The notes: generated by a model from the letters alone, not told the origin. DNA of 64,000 bases from Eledone cirrhosa (GCA_964016885.1 OZ024753.1:40734001-40798000), one strand, 5' to 3'; positions 1 to 12,437 are shown, counted from the first letter of the stretch. Translations and numbers: made by a program.

Positions 1-65
1 CGATTTAATCAACTTTCCCCTCTCCCAAAATTGTTGGCCTTGTGCCTATATAAGAAACAATTATT
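1..65 (+). mobile_element. 3' end of a tRNA-derived SINE (variant tail)
   Basis: aattgttggccttgtgcctatataagaaacaattatt matches the 3' end of the SINE family repeated throughout the window. Confidence 0.7.
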
Positions 66-164
66 TGCTTTTATATCAATATCTGCAATAAAGTTATTCA
101 TTGAATTTCTCTCTGTGTTATTTGTTTGATCGAATGTATATTTATGTATATATGCATTTGTGTG

Positions 165-203
<39 letters not shown>

Positions 204-205
<2 letters not shown>

Positions 206-276
206 TTATTAAAATAACAGATTAAAGTTTAAGCAAAGAATCGCTGATTTCACCCTTAACGGGATCTTCTGAAACT
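204..276 (-). repeat. TA-embedded dispersed cassette, family C
   Basis: The reverse complement matches 28742-28816 (cagaagatcc..gttaagggtgaaa..cagcgattctttgcttaaactttaatctgttattttaataaa); abuts (TA)n. Confidence 0.8.
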
Positions 277-340
277 AACAAAGTCAATCTGTAAACGCAG
301 AAGTGAATATTTCAAAAAACGTTGCAACCGGAGGAAGACG

Positions 341-342
<2 letters not shown>

Positions 343-404
<62 letters not shown>

Positions 405-456
405 CATATATATATATATACATATGTGCGTGTGTGCAAGTATTTGTATATATGTA

Positions 457-554
<98 letters not shown>

Positions 555-830
555 TGTGTCTTTATGCATGTATGTGTGTGTATATATTATGTATGTACGT
601 ATGTATATGTGTGTGTGCACGTATCTGTATATGTACACGTGTGTTTGTATACACGTGTGTATATGTGTATGAATATGTATATATATATATATATGTATAT
701 ATGTTTGTGTGTGTGTGTATGTGTTTGCGTTTGTGTGTGTATATATTATGTATGTATATGCGTGTGTGTATGCATGTATTTGTATACGTACACATGTGTG
801 TATGTACGAATATGTTTGTATATATGTATG
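343..830. repeat. Compound (TA)n/(GA)n/(GT)n microsatellite
   Basis: Directly visible. Confidence 0.95.
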
Positions 831-1119
831 TCTTTCTGATTTTTGTTTTTTGTGTTATTGTTGTTGTTTAGTAGTTGCTGTTGCTGTAGTTTTTGTAGTT
901 GTTGTAGTTGTTGTTTTATTTGTTTGTTGTAATGTTTCTGCATTAGTGTTGGGTATGCATGCCATCTGCTGTTACATTGCAATTTATCACTGATCTGAAA
1001 TTGTTCTGAGTTGAAGAGAAGCATTCTTGTTTATGAAACATGGGAAACGGGGAAAGAACGAAAGAGAGAAAGTAGTAGAATGGAATTTACTCCGCCCACC
1101 ATAATTCCATTAAGCTTTA

Positions 1120-1330
1120 CGTAGTCACTTGACCTGCTAGAGATAACAACTAAATTTCCTTTAGATCAGGTCATGTTATCGGTATTTTCCTTTTTTTTTT
1201 TTTTTTTTTTTTTCTTTGATAAATACATATAAAAATGTAGACTGAAATATAAAGACTGGATGGTCATGCCTGACACCTTTTCTAACAAAGGGTTACTCTA
1301 TCAAGAACGCCTTGGATCTAAACAACAATA
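1120..1330 (+). mobile_element. Diverged dispersed repeat ending in ctaaacaacaa (related copies at about 14630-14826, 51741-51930, 35750-35810 on -)
   Basis: Shared motifs cttgacctgctagaaatagcagccaaat, gatggtcatg and ggggctaaacaac between copies. Confidence 0.55.
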
Positions 1331-1520
1331 ATTGTATCTACTTTTGGCACAAGGCCAGCAAAAATACCCAGTGTATTACTGGTACTTTATTTTATCGATC
1401 CCGTAACGATGAAAGGCAGAGTTAACTTCGGCGATATTTGAACTCAGAATGGCAAGAGCCGTAACTCTATGCGTGAAAGCATGGCACCCGACCCTCTACC
1501 GATACTGCCAATCCACCGCC
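1330..1520 (-). mobile_element. tRNA-derived SINE with Meta-like central domain, full length
   Basis: On the - strand: A-box-like tggcagtatcgg, B-box-like gagttcaaat, domain gcctttcatc..ggtcgataaaataaagtacc, tail ggccttgtgccaaaagtag. Confidence 0.9.
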
Positions 1521-1601
1521 TATTAATAATAATAAATAATGCAATCACACAGATGTTTCACAATCGAAATATTCTGAATCTAGAAAGGAATCCCAATGTG
1601 A

Positions 1602-1800
1602 TCTTCTTCTTCGCCCATATATTCCTGAGAGGGTCGTGAGAAGTCAGGGTCTTCAAACACTTCTTCTAGTAGGTCCTGTCGGAAGCTACCGTATCCAACT
1701 GATCCGGCTGAATCCCCAAGCGTGACCAGCCAAGCTCATGTATGTTATCCAACCATCTTACTCTAGATCAGCCCCTGCCACTCCTGGGGTTAGTTTTGCC
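1602..1800 (-). mobile_element. RTE-clade LINE 3' remnant (Expander/Rex3-like C-terminus)
   Basis: The - strand reads SGRG*SRVRWLDNIHELGWSRLGIQPDQLDTVASDRTY*KKCL, followed by a short (GAA)n tail. Confidence 0.75.
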
Positions 1801-2590
1801 CCGGATTTGAGACAGACTTTAGACATAAACATTGAATGAACGTGTTAATTTGGCTAGGAAGAGTAGAGAGTATCTTTCTGAAGGCTGATTAAGGTGTATA
1901 CTAGGAGTAGTTGTAAGGTTTGAGGACAATGTTTTTCCTTTAGGAATATGCCCCTATCAAATGATTTAAGTACCACTTAAGGCCGATCATGAGGCCTCTC
2001 TCCACTAAGTTTTATAATTTTATAAACGATGGCAAACTGCCACAGATAAACGGACCAACATTAACACATGTATCTAAAGGCTTGCGGCAAAAACCTGGAA
2101 TAAGACGCTTGTATTTGGTGTTTCGATCTAATCAGGGATTGTGACGGGATGCCACAAATCCCTCTACGTATTCCGATCCCTCACACACACACTGTGGACG
2201 ATCCTTTCCCATTTCTTGTATCTTGTTTGTTGAGTTCCTATGTATTTTGCTTTTGCACTGTCTGCAGTATTTTGTGTCTTTGCAAATGCTGGTAAAGTAC
2301 ATCATAATAAACAGCAGCAGCAGCAGTAATAGTAGTAGTAGTAGTAGTAGTAGTTGTTGTTGTTGTTGTCACATGACCCTAATTATAATTATCAAGGAAA
2401 AGGAAGTTGTGATGTCCATATATACATATCTTGTCCGTCATAATTTGACCAGAAGAAAGATAGATAGATAGATAGAGATAGAAAGAGATAGAAAGAGATA
2501 GAAAGATAGATAAAAAGAGAGAAAGAGAAATATATTTATACACACAGACACACACACACATATATATATATATGCATACATATACATACA

Positions 2591-2622
<32 letters not shown>

Positions 2623-2839
2623 GAGAGAGAGGGGGTGAGAGAATGACACTTATTGGCAATCTAAAGAGGGAAAGAGATAAAATAAAATAATAACAACAAC
2701 AACAACAGCAACAGCAATAACAACAACAACAGCATTGTGTAAACATTATTTATTTGTTTTCAGAGCTGATAATGTTAAAGAGTCTACAACGGCGACGGAA
2801 GTCAATTAACCACCTGCTCTGAGATATCTTCGTAGACGT

Positions 2840-4805
2840 AATTATCACTACAATAGTGACAGTAGTAATGGCTGCTTCCATAACGACGCCGTCGAGAAAG
2901 GGAGACACAAAACGGAGTCTCTCTCTATGTGGTAGCTTGATATGCTAGAAATAGGTACCAAATTGTCACTACAATAGTGACAGTAGTAATGGCTGCTTCC
3001 ATAACGACGTCGTCGAGAAAGGGAGACACAAAACGGAGTCTCTCTCTATGTGGTATCTTGATATGCTAGAAATAGGTACCAAATTGTCTCTACAATTGTG
3101 AAAGTCGAGAAAGGGAGACACAAAACGGAGTCTCTCTCTATGTGGTAGTTTGATATGCTAGAAATAGGTACCAAATTGTCACTACAATAGTGACAGTAGT
3201 AATGGCTGCTTCCATAACGACGTCGTCGAGAAAGGGAGACACAAAACGGAGTCTCTCTCTATGTGGTAGCTTGATATGCTAGAAATAGGTACCAAATTGT
3301 CACTACAATAGTGACAGTAGTAATGGCTGCTTCCATAACGACGTCGTCGAGAAAGGGAGACACAAAACGGAGTCTCTCTCTATGTGGTATCTTGATATGC
3401 TAGAAATAGGTACCAAATTGTCACTACAATTGTGACAGTAGTAATGGCTGCTTCCATAACGACGTCGTCGAGAAAGGGAGACACAAAACGGAGTCTCTCT
3501 CTATGTGGTAGCTTGATATGCTAGAAATAGGTACCAAATTGTCACTACAATAGTGACAGTAGTAATGGCTGCTTCCATAACGACGTCGTTGAGAAAGGGA
3601 GACACAAAACGGAGTCTCTCTCTATGTGGTATCTTGATATGCTAGAAATAGGTACCAAATTGTCACTACAATAGTGACAGTAGTAATGGCTGCTTCCATA
3701 ACGACGTCGTCGAGAAAGGGAGACACAAAACGGAGTCTCTCTCTATGTGGTATCTTGATATGCTAGAAATAGGTACCAAATTGTCACTACAATAGTGACA
3801 GTAGTAATGGCTGCTTCCATAACGACGTCGTCGAGAAAGGGAGACACAAAACGGAGTCTCTCTCTATGTGGTAGCTTGATATGCTAGAAATAGGTACCAA
3901 ATTGTCTCTACAATTGTGACAGTCGAGAAAGGGAGACACAAAACGGAGTCTCTCTCTATGTGGTATCTTGATATGCTAGAAATAGGTACCAAATTGTCTC
4001 TACAATTGTGAAAGCCGAGAAAGGGAGACACAAAACGGAGTCTCTCTCTATGTGGTAGCTTGATATGCTAGAAATAGGTACCAAATTGTCACTACAATTG
4101 TGACAGTAGTAATGGCTGCTTCCATAACGACGTCGTCGAGAAAGGGAGACACAAAACGGAGTCTCTCTCTATGTGGTATCTTGATATGCTAGAAATAGGT
4201 ACCAAATTGTCACTACAATAGTGACAGTAGTAATGGCTGCTTCCATAACGACGTCGTCGAGAAAGGGAGACACAAAACGGAGTCTCTCTATGTGGTATCT
4301 TGATATGCTAGAAATAGGTACCAAATTGTCACTACAATAGTGACAGTAGTAATGGCTGCTTCCATAACGACGTCGTCGAGAAAGGGAGACACAAAACGGA
4401 GTCTCTCTCTATGTGGTAGCTTGATATGCTAGAAATAGGTACTAAATTGTCTCTACAATTGTGAAAGTCGAGAAAGGGAGACACAAAACGGAGTCTCTCT
4501 CTATGTGGTATATTGATATGCTAGAAATAGGTACCAAATTGTCACTACAATTGTGACAGTCGAGAAAGGGAGACACGAGAGTCTCTCTATGTGGTAGCTT
4601 GATATGCTAGAAATAGGTACCAAATTGTCTCTACAATTGTGAAAGTCGAGAAAGGGAGACACAAAACAGAGTCTCTCTCTCTTTGTGGTATCTTGATATG
4701 CTAGAAATAGGTACCAAATTGTCACTACAATTGTGACAGTCGAGAAAGGGAGACACAAAACGGAGTCTCTCTATGTGGTAGCTTGGTATGCTAGAAATAG
4801 GTAAC
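2840..4805 (+). repeat. Minisatellite with mixed 121-bp and 92-bp units
   Basis: Unit starts at 2845, 2966, 3087 and 3179 give periods of 121, 121 and 92; the short unit lacks the agtaatggctgcttccataacgacgtc segment. Confidence 0.95.
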
Positions 4806-4809
4806 ACAT

Positions 4810-4943
4810 TATTTATTTCATCGACCCCGTAAGGATGAAAGGCAAAGTTAACCTGGGTGGAATTTGAACTCAGACCATAAAGGGGCGTAACTCTATACTG
4901 CAAGGCATGGCGTCCGACACTCTACCGATACTACCAATCCACC
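4810..4943 (-). mobile_element. SINE (same family), 3'-truncated
   Basis: tcgaccccgtaaggatgaaaggcaaagttaacc..tttgaactcag..ctaccgatactaccaatccacc. Confidence 0.9.
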
Positions 4944-5062
4944 AATTATCACTACAATAGTGGCAGTGGCTGACAAACAGAGACAACAAATGGAGTCTCT
5001 CTATGTGGTTGCTTGTTATGCTAGAAATAGGTAACAATCTCTCTCATATACCACTCATGCGT

Positions 5063-5203
5063 ATTTGGCAGTATCAGTGAGAGCGTCAGACGCCATTCTT
5101 TGCAGGATAGAGTCATGACCATTTTATGTTCTGAGTTCAAATCCCGCCGAGGTTAACCTTGCATTTCATCCTTGCGGGGTCGTTAATATAAAGTACCAGT
5201 AAT
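5063..5203 (+). mobile_element. SINE (same family), diverged
   Basis: ttggcagtatcag..ctgagttcaaatcccgccgaggttaac..ttcatccttgcggggtcg..aaagtaccagtaat. Confidence 0.85.
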
Positions 5204-5283
5204 GACGATGGTTTTGTTGTGTATGGGATAAAGTGATGGGGAGAGAGTAAATAAGAAGAGAAGGAAAGAACGTTGTCAGCAGC

Positions 5284-5314
<31 letters not shown>

Positions 5315-5344
5315 GCAGCAGCAGCAGTGGTAGTAGTAGTAGTG

Positions 5345-5398
<54 letters not shown>

Positions 5399-5666
5399 AT
5401 AGTAGTAGTAGTAGTAGTAGTAGTCGTAGTAGTTGAAAAACATCAATGTAGTTATAAATAAGAAGAGTTGAAATTATTGATGGCAAGATTACACAGCTCT
5501 AGCATCACTCCTTCATAGTCAGCTTACGAACCTTTCGTATGTGTACAGGCGATTGAAAGAGAGACCCAGAACTTAGTAGAAATAACATAGAATTCTCCCT
5601 AAAATCACATTCTATTGTCTTAAAAAGCGAAGAAGTGTTATGTAGCATGTGTGGTGTTGTCTGCGA

Positions 5667-6739
5667 TGGATTGGCAGTATTGGTAGAGGGTCAGACACCA
5701 TGCTAGGGTGGTGGATTGGCAGTATCGGTAGAGGGTCAGACACCATGCTAGGGTGGTGGATTGGCAGTATCGGTAGAGGGTCAGACGCCATGTTAGGGTG
5801 GTGGATTGGCAGTATCGGTAGAGGGTCAGACGCCATGTTAGGGTGGTGGATTGGCAGTATTGGTAGAGGGTCGGACACCATGCTAGGGTGGTGGATTGGC
5901 AGTATTGGTAGAGGGTCAGACGCCATGTTAGGGTGGTGGATTGGCAGTATCGGTAGAGGGTCAGACACCATGCTAGGGTGGTGGATTGGCAGTATCGGTA
6001 GAGGGTCAGACACCATGCTAGGGTGGTGGATTGGCAGTATCGGTAGAGGGTCAGACGCCATGTTAGGGTGGTGGATTGGCAGTATCGGTAGAGGGTCAGA
6101 CGCCATGTTAGGGTGGTGGATTGGCAGTATTGGTAGAGGGTCGGACACCATGCTAGGGTGGTGGATTGGCAGTATTGGTAGAGGGTCGGACACCATGCTA
6201 GGGTGGTGGATTGGCAGTATCGGTAGAGGGTCGGACACCATGCTAGGGTGGTGGATTGGCAGTATCGGTAGAGGGTCGGACACCATGCTAGGGTGGTGGA
6301 TTGGCAGTATCGGTAGAGGGTCGGACACCATGCTAGGGTGGTGGATTGGCAGTATCGGTAGAGGGTCAGACACCATGCTAGGGTGGTGGATTGGCAGTAT
6401 TGGTAGAGGGTCGGACACCATGCTAGGGTGGTGGATTGGCAGTATCGGTAGAGGGTCGGACACCATGCTAGGGTGGTGGATTGGCAGTATCGGTAGAGGG
6501 TCGGACACCATGCTAGGGTGGTGGATTGGCAGTATCGGTAGAGGGTCGGACACCATGCTAGGGTGGTGGATTGGCAGTATCGGTAGAGGGTCAGACACCA
6601 TGCTAGGGTGGTGGATTGGCAGTATTGGTAGAGGGTCGGACACCATGCTAGGGTGGTGGATTGGCAGTATCGGTAGAGGGTCGGACGCCATGTTAGGGGG
6701 GGGTTTGCAGTATCGGTAGAGGGTCAGACGCCATGTTAG
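5667..6739 (+). repeat. 45-bp tandem array (about 24 copies) made from the SINE 5' head
   Basis: Unit ggtggtggattggcagtatcggtagagggtcagacaccatgctag; a 15-aa period in the ORF track. Confidence 0.95.
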
Positions 6740-6932
6740 GGCGGTGGATTGGCAGTATCGGTAGAGGGTCAGACGCCATGCTTTGACGCATAGAGTTACG
6801 GCCCTTGCCATTCTGAGTTCACATCCCGACGGGGTTAACTTTGCCTTTCATCCTTACGGGGTCGATGAAATAAAGTACCAGTAATGCACTGGGGTAATTG
6901 CTGGCCTTGTGCCAAAAAAGTAGAAACAATTA
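6740..6932 (+). mobile_element. Full-length SINE terminating the 45-bp array
   Basis: ggcggtggattggcag through ggccttgtgccaaaaaagtagaaacaatta. Confidence 0.92.
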
Positions 6933-7017
6933 TATATTAAGTATAAAGACGTGGCTGTCATTGCTTGAATACCTTTCATCAAAGGTCTGCTCACTCATGA
7001 TTGACCTGCAGCTGAAC

Positions 7018-7208
7018 AACATCATCATCATCACCTCCACCACCACCATCATCATCACCTCCACCACCGCCATCATCATCATCAGTATCACTTCCATCAT
7101 CATCAGCATCACTTCCATCATCATCATCATCATCATCCTCATCATCATCATCACCATCAACGTCACCTCCGCCATTATCATCATCATCATCAACATCATC
7201 ATCATCAC
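7018..7208. repeat. (CAT/CAC)n triplet microsatellite
   Basis: Directly visible. Confidence 0.9.
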
Positions 7209-7521
7209 GACATACATAACTATAAACATACAGCTGCTGCGAGGTTATTGTGCAAAGTAAGTCATATCTGCGTGTCACCCATGTCACAATTGATCCTGTT
7301 GTCACAGCAACTAACATAACAAAACATTAAACACTAATGTCCCTGTCGTATCTGTTGTCACAGCAACTAATATGACTTACATACAAATAATTTTGATAGC
7401 TGTCACTCAACCTAATACTACGGGGTAGGGTGAAGGTGGTAAGTCGTAAGACACAGCAAAACACTGGATAAAATGCAATGTGGTATATTTAGATTCGTAT
7501 CTTTATAGTGTTAGTTTAAAT

Positions 7522-8957
7522 CAGGCATGGGCAACCTTTTACGACGTTTGAGGAAAAGAGGCATTTGGAATTATTGGTGTTGTGACCAAACTGGCAACAA
7601 AACCAGGCTGAAATTCACCGGAGATTGCCCTCCGAAACAGCATCAATCATATGAGCCTAGTCCGATAAAACTACTCAAGATATGGATATTGTCTGTCTAA
7701 CCACTTCACAAACCCGTCCTTAATAGATTTTACATCATTTAGATCAGGCATGGGCAATCTTTTTCGAGAAGCGGACCGCAATATGGCTCATCATCAGGCG
7801 AGCCGCAAGCGCTAATTTACATTCGTGCCCATATTAAAAAAACGGGCAGTAACTCAGGTTGTTTTGCTTTGTTTCTTCAGAATTCCTACACGTTGTTTTC
7901 CTCAAACGTAAAAATGATAGAAAGATAAATTACGACTGAAAAGTTGGGGTAAAAAAATCAGAAAGATTTCACTTTGGTGACGTAGGCGAGACATTCAGAA
8001 AGATTTCATTTTGGTGACTTAGGCGAGACAGTCAGAAAGATTTCACTTTGGTGACTTAGGCGAGACATTCGGAAAGATTTCACTTTGGTGACTTAGGCGA
8101 GCTATTCAGAAAGATTTCACTTTGGTGACTTAGGCGAGCTATTCAGAAAGATTTCACTTTGGTGACTTAGGCGAGCTATTCAGAAAGATTTCACTTTGGT
8201 AATTTAGGCGAGACATTTAGAAAGATTTCATTTTGGTGACTTAGGCGAGACATTCAGAAAGATTTCACTTTGGTGACTTAGGCGAGACATTCAGAAAGAT
8301 TTCACTTTGGTGACTTAGGCGAGACATTTAGAAAGATTTCATTTTGGTGACTTAGGCGAGACATTCAGAAAGATTTCACTTTGGTGACTTAGGCGAGCTA
8401 TTCAGAAAGATTTCACTTTGGTGACTTAGGCGAGCTATTCAGAAAGATTTCACTTTGGTGACTTAGGCGAGCTATTCAGAAAGATTTCACTTTGGTGACG
8501 TAGGCGAGACGTTCAGAAAGATTTCACTTTGGTGACTTAGGCGAGACATTCAGAAAGATTTCACTTTGGTGACTTAGGCGAGACATTTAGAAAGATTTCA
8601 CTTTGGTGACTTAGGCGAGCTATTCAGAAAGATTTCACTTTGGTGACTTAGGCGAGCTATTCAGAAAGATTTCACTTTGGTGACGTAGACGAGACATTCA
8701 GAAAGATTTCACTTTGGTGACGTAGGCGAGACATTCAGAAAGATTTCACTTTGGTGACTTAGGCGAGACATTCAGAAAGATTTCACTTTGGTGACTTAGG
8801 CGAGACATTCAGAAAGATTTCACTTTGGTGACTTAGGCGAGACATTTAGAAAGATTTCACTTTGGTGACTTAGGCGAGCTATTCAGAAAGATTTTCACTT
8901 TGGTGACTTAGGCGAGCTATTCAGAAAGCTTCACGGGCCGCAGGTTGCCCATGACTG
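7522..8957. mobile_element. Non-autonomous hAT (Charlie-like) DNA transposon
   Basis: TIRs caggcatgggcaacct (7522) and aggttgcccatgactg (8942-8957); perfect 8-bp TSD gtttaaat at 7514-7521 and 8958-8965. Confidence 0.88.
7959..8930 (+). repeat. 37-bp tandem array (about 26 copies) inside the hAT element
   Basis: Unit cagaaagatttcactttggtgacttaggcgagacatt; starts at 7959 and 7996. Confidence 0.95.
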
Positions 8958-9878
8958 GTTTAAATCAAACCAAGTTTGAAAATATATGCTTGGGGATCTC
9001 TAGAAGGTCGACTAAAATGAGTTGAGGTTTTCGCTTCGACTCACTTCGGTTCCGTGATCAAAACCACTCTAGTTATGATTTATCTTTCCTTCTTTCAGAC
9101 TTGATGAATAAAGTTCCAGTCATGACCTGGGACAATTATTCTGGTTTCCTTCTTTTTTCTCATTTTCTTTCTCAGGGTTGTACTTATCCTTCAAGGATCT
9201 TCACTTGTTAAATTTCATAAAACAAATTCTGACTGAGAATTGCATAAAATGTACACCTCTCTGTGGAGTACGACGCAACTTACACAAATTCTCGATAGGT
9301 TTTTCAACAAACATGTAGTAGCGACAGATTTCGCCCTTCATGCCTCCTGAACAATCTCCCTACTAGTAATGTGTTACCGGGCAGAAGTTGGCCATACATG
9401 GAAGCAAGCCCCAAGAAATTCAATATCTATTCCAACGCATCTCTCTTGCCCTCACCCTGGTCAATATTTTCTCTGTTCTGTTCTAACTCCCATATATTCA
9501 AGTCCTTTTTTCATTTGGGTAGGGATGTTTGAGCCCAGTTTTGAGGAGATAAGACACTCTTGCTATAACAACAGACTTGTCTTTTTCAATATCAAAAGTT
9601 ATTTCATTAAAAAGAATTCACGAAGAACAAAAAAGCAACATCTTCCTCCTTAATTTCAGGTGTAGGATTTCAGTTTGAGGAAAGAGGTGAGAACCAGTCG
9701 TTGAGACAAAAAAATGATTTTAGCAATTAAATAATTTTAAATAATAAATTTGAAACTTACTTTTATGAGTACTCCTACTACATATTTGTGAACACGAAAT
9801 GAATAAATATTTTAAAATATATTTTATTTATAAAAATGTTGCCTTGGACTAAAGTTATAAAATATTTACCATAAATCC

Positions 9879-9914
<36 letters not shown>

Positions 9915-9922
<8 letters not shown>

Positions 9923-10037
9923 GACGTAAAATAAGAAAATTATAAAAATTAACTTACTTACTAAAATTTCACTCCAGGAGTGAAATTTTAGTAAGTAAGT
10001 TAATTTTTATAATTTTTTTGTTTTACGTCTTTCATAT
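9915..10037. repeat. Near-perfect palindrome (about 60-bp arms, 1-nt loop) adjoining (TA)n
   Basis: Axis at 9976 (aatttcactcc-a-ggagtgaaatt). Confidence 0.92.
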
Positions 10038-10147
10038 AATTGTTCTGCATCCCCTTGCATTGAACCACAAAGTTACTAAGACAAAACGTATATATTTGCT
10101 AGCATAGGTATGCATCTGTATATATATGTTTGATAGATATACTAATT

Positions 10148-10186
<39 letters not shown>

Positions 10187-10193
<7 letters not shown>

Positions 10194-10296
10194 ATATTAA
10201 ATAAATGAAAACTATATTTATAAAACCATATTTATTCTATTATATATATTTCAAGGGTACCAAAACTTTGGTACGCTCTCATCAGATAAAATACAA
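10187..10296 (-). mobile_element. Family A TA-inserted cassette with hammerhead-like motif
   Basis: The - strand reads ttttat-CTGATGA-gagcgtacca/tggtaccctt-GAAA-tatata-TA-atagaa, then the shared tail aaatatggttttataaatatag. Confidence 0.75.
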
Positions 10297-10377
10297 AGTT
10301 TGTTTTATAATTGCTCTGAATCCGTTATAAACATTTATATTTGTTGAATTACCAACAAATTGAATATCCCTTTTGCT

Positions 10378-10409
<32 letters not shown>

Positions 10410-10540
10410 TATATATATATATACACACACACACACATAACCCCGGCATACACATATGCACCCCTCACACACACACATATATATATATGCATGTATATAT
10501 ATGTTCGCTGGGCAAAAGTTTTTTATTATTCGAATTAACG

Positions 10541-10586
<46 letters not shown>

Positions 10587-10844
10587 GATACATATATATA
10601 TATATATTTGTCTGTGTGTTTGTTACTAAATCCAAGTAATGAATAATATAACAAAACACTATAAAGAAATAAAGAAATAGAGCCAAGAAAACAACTTTAT
10701 GAGAGCAAATTAAAACAAAACAAAAGAAGAGGAAAGAAAAACAAAAAAGAACTGTGTAGTGATTAGCAGAGACTAATAGTTCTTAGTAACAAAAGGCAAT
10801 ACCAAACAGATGTCAGGTGTTGAACAAGGTAGAGGACAAGGGGT

Positions 10845-10845
10845 G

Positions 10846-10888
<43 letters not shown>

Positions 10889-11138
10889 GAGAGAGGGGGG
10901 GAGACAGACAGACGGAGAGAGAGAGACAGACGGAGAGAGAGAGAGAGACGGAGAGAGAGAGACAGCTATACAGACAGACAGACAGACAGAGAGAGAGAGA
11001 CAGAGAGAGAATGAGAGAGACAGAGAGAGAGAGAGAGAGAGACAGACAGAGACAGACAGAGAGAGAGAGACAGACATACAGACAGACAGAGAGAGAGAGA
11101 GTGAGTGAGAGAGAGAAAGAGAGAGAGAGAGGGAGAGT

Positions 11139-11217
<79 letters not shown>
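10845..11217. repeat. (GACA)n/(GA)n microsatellite
   Basis: Directly visible. Confidence 0.95.
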
Positions 11218-11220
<3 letters not shown>

Positions 11221-11300
11221 AGATGAGAGAGGTAGAGACAGTGAATGAAGAAGTGAGAGAGAAAGACAGAGGAAATATATATATATATATATGTATATAT

Positions 11301-11499
11301 AACGAAGGAAATGTGGTAAGGAACCAGGTGGACCATAACGCACCAAAGTACTCAATACTTGAGGTAGTAGAGTGGGTAATAGGAACCAGTAAGACCCCGA
11401 CAGCTGAGCTCAAGCCGTTTCGACGGCTAATTCTCAAATTAGCCGTCGAATTAGCCGTCGAAACGGCTTGAGCTCAGCTGTCGGGGTCTTACTGGTTCC

Positions 11500-11500
<1 letters not shown>
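11301..11500 (-). mobile_element. Family B TA-inserted fold-back cassette (long arm -, short arm +)
   Basis: The long arm matches the reverse complement of 63117-63246; an inverted short arm at 11449-11500 ends at gttcct and runs into (TA)n. Confidence 0.88.
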
Positions 11501-11579
<79 letters not shown>

Positions 11580-11773
11580 GTATATTAGGGAGAGGATCAG
11601 GGGTGTATAACACTCCACTTATACAACAGGCAGTATAAGGTTAGCTCGATGTCTGAGGACAGAGCCGTGATATTGTTCCACTTATAGTGCGGATGAAACA
11701 ATGTTAGCAAGTAAAGATATGCATATGCCATAGGCGTTCTTTGTTATTGATTATATATATATATATATATATG

Positions 11774-11813
<40 letters not shown>

Positions 11814-11825
11814 TATACATATATA

Positions 11826-12248
11826 TAAAATATTAAAAAAATAATGAATAAAACAATGAAACAGTTCCTTATATTAAACAAAAAAAGTTCATTATTTAAC
11901 GATCGTTTCTAGGATTTATATGTGTTAGAATTGGCATGCATATTCAACAGATCTATGTACAAAATTATACAAACTATCAAAATTAAATATACATACCAAA
12001 CACATATATATGCCGTCTTCAGAAATAATAAATTTTATTTCTGAAGACGGCATATATATGTGTTTGGTATGTATATTTAATTTTGATAGTTTGTATAATT
12101 TTGTATAATTTTGTACATAGATCTGTTGAATATGCATGCCAATTCTAACACATATATATCCTAGAAACGATCGTTAAATAATGAACTTTTTTTGTTTAAT
12201 ATAAGGAACTGTTTCATTGTTTTATTCATTATTTTTTTAATATTTTAT
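11826..12248. repeat. Palindrome of about 420 bp (about 200-bp arms, short loop near 12030)
   Basis: The arms are reverse complements apart from about one substitution and an 11-bp duplication (ttgtataattt) in the right arm. Confidence 0.95.
12035..12181 (+). ncRNA. Putative type-I hammerhead ribozyme with long stem II (mirror copy on - in the left arm)
   Basis: ttattt-CTGAAGA(12041)...GAAA(12164)-cgatcg-TT-aaataa; stem II atatatatgtg/cacatatatat plus ttggtatgtatatt/aatatgcatgccaa with G-U pairs. Confidence 0.65.
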
Positions 12249-12379
12249 CTTGACTCTGTATTCCGTTTATCTTTCACCGAAAGTGATTTTTCATTGCATC
12301 TCTTCTTTCCATGATATCCGGATTACATTGAGTTCTTCATACGGATTGGACACTACCGTAAACTCTTGGTAGATTTATC

Positions 12380-12437
<58 letters not shown>

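Noticed and set aside
5612-6811. 399-aa and 356-aa repeat ORFs
   Set aside because: By-product of a 45-bp SINE-derived array whose length is a multiple of three.
7959-8930. CRISPR-like 37-bp repeats (also the 31-, 36- and 45-bp arrays)
   Set aside because: Contiguous tandem units with no unique spacers, no cas genes and a eukaryotic context.
11301-11471. Recurrent peptide [20 protein letters not shown] as a multi-copy microprotein
   Set aside because: It reflects copies of the family B cassette; starts and stops are supplied by flanking microsatellites and some copies are frameshifted.
11581-11755. Possible further hammerhead in a TA-flanked cassette
   Set aside because: GAAAC and a small hairpin are present, but there is no convincing CUGANGA or stem I.
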